DNA from: a virus
Length of the DNA: 64,000 nt
Virus record (IMG/VR): IMGVR_UViG_3300031949_000008
Coordinates: 32,001 to 96,000 of that record
Strand: one strand, 5' to 3'
Part shown: positions 31,452 to 39,619 of the stretch, one piece after another
Position numbering within the stretch: position 1 is the first letter of the stretch
How the letters are laid out: each line of letters opens with the position of its first letter
The notes under the pieces: generated by a model
What the model was told of the DNA's origin: nothing
The model's database searches: none
The model's input: only the letters and a program-made list of their open reading frames with translations
Made by a program: the position numbers and the translations under genes

Positions 31452-33473
31452 TTAAAATAAGTCTACTGGCAATCGATGCATTGCAAAATATGTAAATGCA
31501 GTATTACCAAATATATAATCGTTTTCTAATGTTTTAGTATATGCTATTTTTATTGTATCACCTGGAACAAGAAATAATATAGAAAATGTATTTACTGTTT
31601 GGTATGGAGATGTTACAGCTTCATGTATGGGTCTATAAGTAGATTGATATAATATATTATTTTTATATACATGTAACCCCATAACAGGACGAGACGGAAA
31701 CCATTGTAATGATAAATAACATTGACTTATATCAGCAGAACATCCAGCAGAGGCTAGAGTTGCACTATAGCCGAATCCTTGTATACCAGATACTGAAGCA
31801 GCAGTCCAAGCTAAGCCAGTAGATGGATCAAGAGTCCAACGTTCATTATAATCTACGAAAGATGATGTCAACATAGTAGAAGTACCAAGATAATTAATAT
31901 CACCTTTTCGTAATACAGTAGCTGGTATTGTTTCAGCTTCTAAATAACATGTAGTATCACAGGTACAACCTGCTGATCCATATGTGGTATTATAACAAGT
32001 AACACAATCATATACATAACATGTAGCATTACAAGAACAAGCTGCATATCCATAACAGACATTATAACAAGTACAAGATCCTTTAATATATACATAACAT
32101 GTATTATTACAACTACAAGAGCTATCTCCATAACAGGCATTATTACAACTACAACTATATCCATAACATGCATTATTACATGTACAGTTTTCACCATAAC
32201 ATGTATTATTACATATACAACCACGCCTTCGACTTCTAAAATTTACAGTAACTACAAAAGGGCTAACTTCTGTATATAGTGTTCCTAATCCCCCTGAAAA
32301 AATATCTGTTGCACCGCATGTTTGTGTAGTATTAAAATCTGCATCATTTGCAGTTGGATAATCATCAATAGCTAAAAGATTACTTGCAGCACCAGAAACT
32401 GTCCATGTAACAATAGGAGCACCGGTCTGTAATTCTATTCTCCTAACCCCCATGTAGGTAGCATTTCCCCAATTGTCTGCAAACTTGAAGGCATAATAAC
32501 GATAGGAGGTTGTATTTGTGACTTCAATATATTTAGGATCAGAAGCATCAGCAACAGCATGCTGGTCAAAGGTAGATTGTGCTGTCGTTAGCTGTACCCA
32601 TGTACCATCATTCGCATAAACTAAATCAGCAAAATCACCAGAGGCAGTTGATCCCCAAAAAGTAAAATTTTCAACTCCACGATCTGTCTGTGTTCCGACG
32701 TGGTGGAAATTTTCATAATAAATTCGTTTTATAATTTTTTCTGAACCAAGGTCTATATGAAATCTTTGATTAGTCACAACCCCACTTTGAGACATCCAAG
32801 AATTATTTTCATAAGTTCCAGTCAAAGATTTTGCCGGATCTGTGGCAAAATAAGGCCAAGAATCTGTAGCATATTTAGTTGTGGCCTTAACATAGGTATC
32901 ATTATGAGCGGGTGGATATTGAGATCCTTGTCCTGGAGGTATTCCTGTAGCTGATGTCACACTACTTGTAAGTTGTGTTCCAGATGCTACCATTGTAAGT
33001 TGTCCTATAAGTAAATAATATCCAGATGCTAATGCTGTAAATATACCACTTGTATGATCATATTCATTTAAAGTATCATAATCCTCTGTATCAAAAACTA
33101 AAGTATTAGCAGATGCTCCTGCAGTTACTATCACAGTATTTGTACAGGCTGCTTTAAATCTAGACCAATAATTCTGACTCAATCGTAGCCAATTACTACC
33201 ACTATATTTAACTAATACACCTAATGTAGTATCAAATGCCAATGCTCCAGACATTGGACTAGTTAATGCAGCAATTTGAGTTGTTGTTCCCTCATATATT
33301 GCGCCAACAGAGCCAATCCTATGTTCACCAGATAACCCAACACTACCAGATGCTGGACTATAATGTTCTATATTATATGCATCTTCGATAGCAGAAAAAT
33401 TCTGTTGTAGGATATTGGGAATTTGTTTAATTTCATTTTCACTATTAGGGTATACCTTTTTCCATTGTCCCAT
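31452..33473 (-). CDS. tail-fibre-like protein: split C1q-like domain with inserted F5/8C-like domain and CxCxxxCY repeat array
   Basis: N-terminus is paralogous to the two upstream genes; FDTE.YD...EYD...G.FTA..SGYY; discoidin-like IDLG..K.I...YRYY..F...ELQ; Cys array. Confidence 0.75.
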   Translation of the reverse strand: MGQWKKVYPNSENEIKQIPNILQQNFSAIEDAYNIEHYSPASGSVGLSGEHRIGSVGAIYEGTTTQIAALTSPMSGALAFDTTLGVLVKYSGSNWLRLSQNYWSRFKAACTNTVIVTAGASANTLVFDTEDYDTLNEYDHTSGIFTALASGYYLLIGQLTMVASGTQLTSSVTSATGIPPGQGSQYPPAHNDTYVKATTKYATDSWPYFATDPAKSLTGTYENNSWMSQSGVVTNQRFHIDLGSEKIIKRIYYENFHHVGTQTDRGVENFTFWGSTASGDFADLVYANDGTWVQLTTAQSTFDQHAVADASDPKYIEVTNTTSYRYYAFKFADNWGNATYMGVRRIELQTGAPIVTWTVSGAASNLLAIDDYPTANDADFNTTQTCGATDIFSGGLGTLYTEVSPFVVTVNFRSRRRGCICNNTCYGENCTCNNACYGYSCSCNNACYGDSSCSCNNTCYVYIKGSCTCYNVCYGYAACSCNATCYVYDCVTCYNTTYGSAGCTCDTTCYLEAETIPATVLRKGDINYLGTSTMLTSSFVDYNERWTLDPSTGLAWTAASVSGIQGFGYSATLASAGCSADISQCYLSLQWFPSRPVMGLHVYKNNILYQSTYRPIHEAVTSPYQTVNTFSILFLVPGDTIKIAYTKTLENDYIFGNTAFTYFAMHRLPVDLF
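31944..32219 (-). repeat. eight tandem Cys-rich peptide repeats (CxCxxxCY)
   Basis: CICNNTCY, CTCNNACY, CSCNNACY, CSCNNTCY, CTCYNVCY, CSCNATCY, CVTCYNTTY, CTCDTTCY; 23 Cys in 92 aa. Confidence 0.97.
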
Positions 33474-33481
33474 AATAATTC

Positions 33482-34198
33482 CTAGCAGATTCTATAAATA
33501 TTAAGGAAGTTACGGTCTGAACCTCCTACTAATACAATACTTGTTGTACGTGAATGTGTTACTTTTACCTTTATTTTATCTCCAGCTATTAATGATAAAA
33601 TAGTTGTAATTCCCTGATACAATTCATCAGATGATAATGTGTAACAATATGTCACAGGAGATGTTTGTAATATATCACTAGAATTATATTGCTCAATTAA
33701 CATATTAATTGCAATAGCACCAATAGCAGTAAAACTTGCCTGTGCACGAATAAAATAGAATCCAGCAGCTTTAGCTATAAATGTATAGGTTGTATTATTA
33801 TATTCATCCAAATTATCTATAGATTCTGTATCAAATGGAATAAGTCCAGTTGTTCCAGCAGTAATAAGATAATCTGTACTACGATATGCTATTACTTCAC
33901 TATGATTCAATAAATTTATCTGTTGCCAAGTAGCTCCAGTAAATACATTAGATACTCCTAATACTGTATCTTGTGCCATCGCTCCTGTTGAAGGATCTGT
34001 AATAGCCGTGATACCAGATGTTGTAGTAGATGTTATAACAGGTAAAATACCAGGTTTATGTCGCCCAGATAATACAACAGTTAATCCATTATGCTCTAAT
34101 GCACTCATATCTTCAATAGCTGTCCAATTACCTACATAGATACTAGAAATATCTACAATAAATGAACCTGTGGTAGGTACTGTTTTACTCCATGCCAT
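33482..34198 (-). CDS. short tail-fibre-like protein with C1q-like domain (paralogue 2)
   Basis: MAW...NW.AIE...EH...SG.H..G; IPFDTE...F.A..AG.Y; L.AGDKI. Confidence 0.72.
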   Translation of the reverse strand: MAWSKTVPTTGSFIVDISSIYVGNWTAIEDMSALEHNGLTVVLSGRHKPGILPVITSTTTSGITAITDPSTGAMAQDTVLGVSNVFTGATWQQINLLNHSEVIAYRSTDYLITAGTTGLIPFDTESIDNLDEYNNTTYTFIAKAAGFYFIRAQASFTAIGAIAINMLIEQYNSSDILQTSPVTYCYTLSSDELYQGITTILSLIAGDKIKVKVTHSRTTSIVLVGGSDRNFLNIYRIC

Positions 34199-34205
34199 AA
34201 TAATC

Positions 34206-34919
34206 CTAAGATAATCTTATAATATGTAAACTTGCATTTACAAGTGTAATAGAAGATGTATGTTCCTGATAACCATATAGTTCAATTTCATCACCTGTTA
34301 CCAATGATAAAATATCTGCTACATCTACATTTCGCATGGCTGCACCATAAAGCACTGATTTACTCCATAGTATACTATTTAAACCTATTGCAATACCTTT
34401 TTGATAATTTAGTACTGTTTCATGAGGAAAACGAATACTAGCTTTAATAAAATAAATACCAGTATTAAGTACAGTAAAACGTCTTGTAGTAGAATTAAAT
34501 TCTGACAAGGTATCATAATATACTCCACTAGTAGCACCTGCTGATGTTAACTTTGTCCATGCACTAGTAGGAATTGTCTGTTCATTAAAAACTACTCGTA
34601 ATCTAGAATATTTATTAGCTGTAAGTTGTCCCCATCCAGTTGATCGATAAATTAAAGTTTGTCCATTGGTAGTATCGTAACCAATAGCTCCAGTTCCTGG
34701 TGATGTTGCTGTTGTAATAGTAGTATTAGTATCTACAAGAAGTATTCCAGATTTACCTGCAATATGTTGTCCACTGCCGCCGCTGGTAAAAGTTTGATGA
34801 TCAATATCCCACCAATCCTCAATAGCTTTCCAATTATTTCTAATTTGAGAATTAGGATCATCTGCAACTGATCCACTCACTGATGTTGAACCTAGCGGAA
34901 AATTAGCATTCCAAGTCAT
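34206..34919 (-). CDS. short tail-fibre-like protein with C1q-like domain (paralogue 1)
   Basis: MTW...NW.AIE...DH...SGQH..G; YDT..EF....RFTV..TGIY; L.TGDEIEL. Confidence 0.72.
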   Translation of the reverse strand: MTWNANFPLGSTSVSGSVADDPNSQIRNNWKAIEDWWDIDHQTFTSGGSGQHIAGKSGILLVDTNTTITTATSPGTGAIGYDTTNGQTLIYRSTGWGQLTANKYSRLRVVFNEQTIPTSAWTKLTSAGATSGVYYDTLSEFNSTTRRFTVLNTGIYFIKASIRFPHETVLNYQKGIAIGLNSILWSKSVLYGAAMRNVDVADILSLVTGDEIELYGYQEHTSSITLVNASLHIIRLS

Positions 34920-34922
34920 ATA

Positions 34923-35273
34923 TTAGTTCTCTAGATAATGTTTTATATTCTCTATTTTGTCTATATAAGGTTCAAAATGACCAAGCATTAAATTACATGC
35001 ACGATGTAAAAGTCCTCGTATTTTATTAGTATCATGGTCATGGTCTACAACAGCTGAAGAAAAGTCAAGAGGTTGTTCACAAATAGGGCATATCCCATTT
35101 TGAGATTTCCATATATTCATATACTCATCTTGTGTTAGACCATAGGAATATAATATTTTACGCCATTTGTTATAATCTTTATTTGCAACATACCATTTAC
35201 GAGAATTTTTGGTAATTTTATCTTTATGTTCTTTATAATATTGTTTTGCTTCTATTTTAGTTTTGAAGGGCAT
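34923..35273 (-). CDS. endonuclease VII-like homing endonuclease
   Basis: YGLT...QNGICPIC...VDHDH...IRGLLH..CN. Confidence 0.88.
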   Translation of the reverse strand: MPFKTKIEAKQYYKEHKDKITKNSRKWYVANKDYNKWRKILYSYGLTQDEYMNIWKSQNGICPICEQPLDFSSAVVDHDHDTNKIRGLLHRACNLMLGHFEPYIDKIENIKHYLEN

Positions 35274-36262
35274 TATTTATTTTCCCACCGTGTATTTAAT
35301 TTCATAAGTAAAGGAAATAATTTCTTAAATTCTTCACAAAAAGGACTCTTATGTCCATACTCACCAAAGGTGAGCTTTTGAACATAAGGGCATCCAGCCT
35401 GACAAAGAGTTACCCATTCACAGTCATGACATTCTGGTATATTCTTAGCACTCCATCTTTGAGGACATTTTAAATCACTCCAATGTATATGAGTATCTAT
35501 ATGTCCAATTACTGTATCTTTGTCAGGATTACAACTTCTTAATGTTCCATCAGGATCTATAATCACTAACCACCGACCACAGGAATACGGATTTTTCACA
35601 CTTTTCCAAGATGGGTATGTAGATTCCACAATCCAGTTAGGCCAGATTGGTCGTGGAGAGGCCAATAAAATTTCTAAAACTTCCTTCATTTGCTTTCCAT
35701 ATTCTTTTACATATTCAGAATCTTTTCCACCATCATATAATCTATTAATTCTCATTTGACAATGATGCTTAACTGCCAATTGAGCTAAATTAGTAATCCT
35801 TGGCATGTTAACTTTATTCAATACTATTGAAAGAGTACAACCACCACATATGGCTTTAATCTGGCAAATTTTATCTTCTATTCGTGCCAAACTGTCATAT
35901 GTGGGATTCAGTGCTATTTTTATTCTTCGCACTTTAAATACTTTTAAAATATCCTTTGTTAAAAGATCACCATTTGTATGAAATATATGACCATCAGGAG
36001 GTAGAGGTGTCACCCACCCTATGTTCGATTCCATCTGGTCTACTAGATATAATACAGTATCTACAACATTTAATGGTTCTCCACCAAGAAATGACACCCT
36101 GAGATGTTCAACTTTCTCTTCAATACAAATATTTTTAAGCCAATTAATTGCTTTATCTGCTATTTCTATAGACATATTTTCATTGACTGATGGATTGTAG
36201 CAACCATCACATCCCCTATGACATATATTTGTAGGAAAAAAGAATACCATTAAATTATGCAT
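35273..36262 (-). CDS. radical SAM/SPASM-domain protein 2
   Basis: CHRGCDGC, GGEPL, TNG.LL; SPASM Cys pattern CG...DG...C...CHDC.....CQAGC...C. Confidence 0.92.
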   Translation of the reverse strand: MHNLMVFFFPTNICHRGCDGCYNPSVNENMSIEIADKAINWLKNICIEEKVEHLRVSFLGGEPLNVVDTVLYLVDQMESNIGWVTPLPPDGHIFHTNGDLLTKDILKVFKVRRIKIALNPTYDSLARIEDKICQIKAICGGCTLSIVLNKVNMPRITNLAQLAVKHHCQMRINRLYDGGKDSEYVKEYGKQMKEVLEILLASPRPIWPNWIVESTYPSWKSVKNPYSCGRWLVIIDPDGTLRSCNPDKDTVIGHIDTHIHWSDLKCPQRWSAKNIPECHDCEWVTLCQAGCPYVQKLTFGEYGHKSPFCEEFKKLFPLLMKLNTRWENK

Positions 36263-36971
36263 TCTGTAACTTCTTTACCTGTTTTGCTGCATTATCCATT
36301 TCTTTTATCCAACGTTTAATTGTTTCTAAACTTCTATTAGGAACTGCACTCATATATGTTACTAAATCCATACTATTATAGATCTCACCATTAAATTCAA
36401 GTATAGCAAAATGATTATCATTATATTTAAAAGGATGGTTTATACTAATATATTTCTGAACATCTGGTGTATCACTTATATATCTTTTACCAATACACGG
36501 CATCTTATTCATATCGATAATATCATAGAAAAATAAAGATGCACTTGATTTAATAGGAACATAAGCATATAAATACTTTGCAATTCCAGATTTAAACATT
36601 AAATGAAGAAAATCTGACATTAAATAACGCACGTATTTTGTTTGTCGATATTCAGGATATACTAATTTAATATTCTCAAAATCATATTTACCATACCCAT
36701 CAGGATTGTCTAATATTTCCTGAGATAAAATACATCCAATACATATATCGTCTTTATACGCATAAATACAATATTTACGATCAATCTGACTTCCTTTATT
36801 AATATTTATAGAAGTAGTATGAGTTAAATATGTTGGATTATATTTAAAGAACTTTCTTGTGATCTCACGTTCTTCAAGAGAAATATCGTTTACATCTTTA
36901 TATAATATGTTAGGAAATATAATAATACCTTCTGAAGGTAGTAATCTATCCCAATTTTGCAAAAAATACAT
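36255..36971 (-). CDS. GNAT-fold-like protein
   Basis: YAYKDDICIG and VYPEYRQTK..R.L resemble GNAT motif A. Confidence 0.5.
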   Translation of the reverse strand: MYFLQNWDRLLPSEGIIIFPNILYKDVNDISLEEREITRKFFKYNPTYLTHTTSININKGSQIDRKYCIYAYKDDICIGCILSQEILDNPDGYGKYDFENIKLVYPEYRQTKYVRYLMSDFLHLMFKSGIAKYLYAYVPIKSSASLFFYDIIDMNKMPCIGKRYISDTPDVQKYISINHPFKYNDNHFAILEFNGEIYNSMDLVTYMSAVPNRSLETIKRWIKEMDNAAKQVKKLQNA

Positions 36972-37602
36972 GTCGTTTGTAGCCCTCTAGATCAGTAATT
37001 TCATCTGCTATAGGTGTCATATCGTCTATATAACTAACTGGTAGAATTCTATATAATTCAGATTTCTTCAATTCTTTAAAACAAAATTCCATAAATGTAT
37101 TTGTACATTCTTGTACTATTGCTTTATCTTTAGAAGCAATAGCTCGTTCCCAATGTGATTTATCTTTATAATTAAATAATACCTCTCGCGATATAGGTTC
37201 CCAATTATATATTACATACCACGAATCTGCAGAATCATATACAACATCATCTACTAAATAAGCCATTAAATATTCATTAGTTATATGACTATCATTAAAG
37301 AATGATTTCATATATCTTGTAGCTGCACCAACACTCATTATCTCAACTTTATCTTTTTTATAATGAATAATAGGTGCATCTCTATTAATTGTTAATTCAC
37401 CTTTAATATAACGACTAATCATATCTTCTGGTGAATAAGTTGCTAATTTTAAATTAGTATATTTATTAACTAATTCAGTCCAAGGAGCAATAGCTATAAA
37501 AAATAAATTATCTCCTTCAGCTTCTGGAATAGGGTACTTAATATTCTGACGTAAGCGTAGGGCATTTGCAAATGGGTAAATTCTAGGCATCAGTCGCCTC
37601 AT
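36946..37602 (-). CDS. hypothetical protein in the radical SAM cassette
   Basis: 218 aa, coupled to both neighbours; no motif recognised. Confidence 0.6.
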   Translation of the reverse strand: MRRLMPRIYPFANALRLRQNIKYPIPEAEGDNLFFIAIAPWTELVNKYTNLKLATYSPEDMISRYIKGELTINRDAPIIHYKKDKVEIMSVGAATRYMKSFFNDSHITNEYLMAYLVDDVVYDSADSWYVIYNWEPISREVLFNYKDKSHWERAIASKDKAIVQECTNTFMEFCFKELKKSELYRILPVSYIDDMTPIADEITDLEGYKRHVFFAKLG

Positions 37603-38396
37603 TATTTCTCATAGTCTATCTCCTCAATTACTATGATGCCTTCATCTGTTGGAAATGTAAACTGTGCAACCTCTAAACGACCTGGAACTAGACCACCTTC
37701 AAATACCAAAATATCTTTAATTTTACATGTATTTAATACATATGCATCATTTAATTCCTGTACAAGTTTGTCATTTTTACCTATTTTATATCTATCTTTA
37801 GCGCCATCAAGCATATATCTTATTCTATTTATAAAATTATTATACATAGATGGTATTTTATTAAAAGAACTTTGTTCTCTAATTTTTGTTATTGAACTTT
37901 TAATAACTTTAGGAAAGATTTCTATATCAACACTATTTCCTAATTTACTCACAGATTTTTGAAAAAATGATGCAATATCTGGTCCTTTGATAATAATATC
38001 ATTTCTACTAACAGTTGAATGTTGAAAAGCCATTGCACCCATTACTATAGCAGTAGCTCTTTGAATATAATCATCAGTCAATAAAAAATCTTTATATAAT
38101 GATACAAATGCAGCAGCTTTTTGAGCCATTGGTGCTCTCCAACTTTCGTCTATTTTAAATGCATTTTGATCTTCAACTATAAATCCTTTATCTATAATAT
38201 CTTGTACCATTTTTTGTGATTTCTTTTCAGGAGCAAAACCCAAACCTAGTGTTAAATGGTTTAACCAATCACGAGGTCGTCCTACAACTTTTACTACATA
38301 TGTTCCAGGAAATGTTTTAGCAAAATCTAATAATGCCTGATGTCCAGCATGTAGACCTTCAGAATGATTTGCTATCGGGACTATTACTCTACCCAT
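37602..38396 (-). CDS. divergent PanC-like (HxGH nucleotidyltransferase-fold) ligase
   Basis: GLHAGHQAL (HIGH motif), KGPD and IREQSS at positions matching PanC GEKD and LALSSRN. Confidence 0.6.
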   Translation of the reverse strand: MGRVIVPIANHSEGLHAGHQALLDFAKTFPGTYVVKVVGRPRDWLNHLTLGLGFAPEKKSQKMVQDIIDKGFIVEDQNAFKIDESWRAPMAQKAAAFVSLYKDFLLTDDYIQRATAIVMGAMAFQHSTVSRNDIIIKGPDIASFFQKSVSKLGNSVDIEIFPKVIKSSITKIREQSSFNKIPSMYNNFINRIRYMLDGAKDRYKIGKNDKLVQELNDAYVLNTCKIKDILVFEGGLVPGRLEVAQFTFPTDEGIIVIEEIDYEK

Positions 38397-38398
38397 AT

Positions 38399-39619
38399 TT
38401 AACCCCTTCGCTCCAGTGCAGAAACACGATTATTCAAATCTGATATTAATAATGCTATCGTTTCCAAAGAAATCGTGGGAGGATTGTCTATTACTGGACC
38501 TGTATAATGTTCAAAATTGCAAATACAGTTTTTATCTTGTGATATAGCCTTATCACCTATTTTTTCTTTATAATACATTGATATCTTTTTTTGTACTTCG
38601 ACATATTTACATAATCCTATATGAGGAATTTTTATATCACCAGTAAAGTCAAAGTTGACCGCATAACATCCCGAATTGCAAGGAGTATCTTTAAGCCTTG
38701 CACATCCATTACATTGATTATGAGAAAAATCTATAAATGACTGTCTAAATTCTGATCTAGTAATTCCATGATCAATATGACCAATACAAATTTCTTTATC
38801 TTGCCATGCTCGTTTATCGTCAAATTTGAAAAATCGGTGACAGGGCGCTATGGCTCCATCAATATCTATTCCAACATAATTACGTCCTCCACCACATGGA
38901 TATTTGCTATTATCAGCTGCCTGATATGATTTAAAATGTTCTATTTCAATAATATGACCATTATCACGATAAGTTTTTAATAGATCTACTATCTTATATC
39001 CTTGTTCTTCAAAGATTTTCCACTTTTCATCTGTCCATTTTGTCTCATAAACTGGAGAAAAGATTATAGAATTAAAACCAAAATCGATTAAGTACTTAAC
39101 ATCATTATATAAGTTATGAATGCTATCAGCCGTGAGGCCTAGTCTTGGTCTATAGAATGGCCATCTCTCTAATACTTTTTCCATATTTTTCATAATGGTA
39201 GCATGAGAACCCTGACCATCTTTAAATCTTCTATAGAAATCATGTGTTTCTTGTGTACCATCTAAACTGACTAAGAAAAATATCTTATGTTCATCTAAAA
39301 AATCAAATTTCTCTTCAGTCAATAATGTACCATTAGTCGTACCACCAAAAGTAACAGGCACCACAACCTGTACACTTTTCTCCTTTGCGTAAAGAACAAT
39401 CTTTTGTAATAATGACCACTCTAGTAATGGTTCGCCTCCCCAAAAACTAATTTCAACAGGATTAACTTTATCAGCATTTTTGAAAAGAAAATCTACAGCT
39501 TTATAAGCAATTTCTTCTGACATACGGCCAACTCTACATCCATATGTAAAACAGTATGAACATGCTAAGTTACAGTTTCTAGTTAAATTTAATGATGCAC
39601 GTGTTATTGGATAGTTCAT
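38399..39619 (-). CDS. radical SAM/SPASM peptide-maturase-like protein 1
   Basis: CNLACSYC, FWGGEPLL, TTNGTLL, SLDG...HD..R; SPASM CGGG...G...PCHRF...C..C......C..GC.A.N...C. Confidence 0.94.
   Translation of the reverse strand: MNYPITRASLNLTRNCNLACSYCFTYGCRVGRMSEEIAYKAVDFLFKNADKVNPVEISFWGGEPLLEWSLLQKIVLYAKEKSVQVVVPVTFGGTTNGTLLTEEKFDFLDEHKIFFLVSLDGTQETHDFYRRFKDGQGSHATIMKNMEKVLERWPFYRPRLGLTADSIHNLYNDVKYLIDFGFNSIIFSPVYETKWTDEKWKIFEEQGYKIVDLLKTYRDNGHIIEIEHFKSYQAADNSKYPCGGGRNYVGIDIDGAIAPCHRFFKFDDKRAWQDKEICIGHIDHGITRSEFRQSFIDFSHNQCNGCARLKDTPCNSGCYAVNFDFTGDIKIPHIGLCKYVEVQKKISMYYKEKIGDKAISQDKNCICNFEHYTGPVIDNPPTISLETIALLISDLNNRVSALERRG

Noticed and set aside
31944-32219. Possible CRISPR array or DGR variable region
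   Set aside because: The repeats are degenerate at DNA level and conserved only as peptide. There are no spacers, and no reverse transcriptase or template repeat is visible in the window.
31940-32224. 94-aa alternative-frame ORF with VIMHVM repeats over the Cys array
   Set aside because: It is a shadow of the repeat in another frame; it has no RBS, and the Cys frame is continuous with the fibre gene.
37602-38396. Genuine panC auxiliary metabolic gene
   Set aside because: Pantoate-binding motifs are missing and no other pan genes are present, so no gene symbol was assigned.
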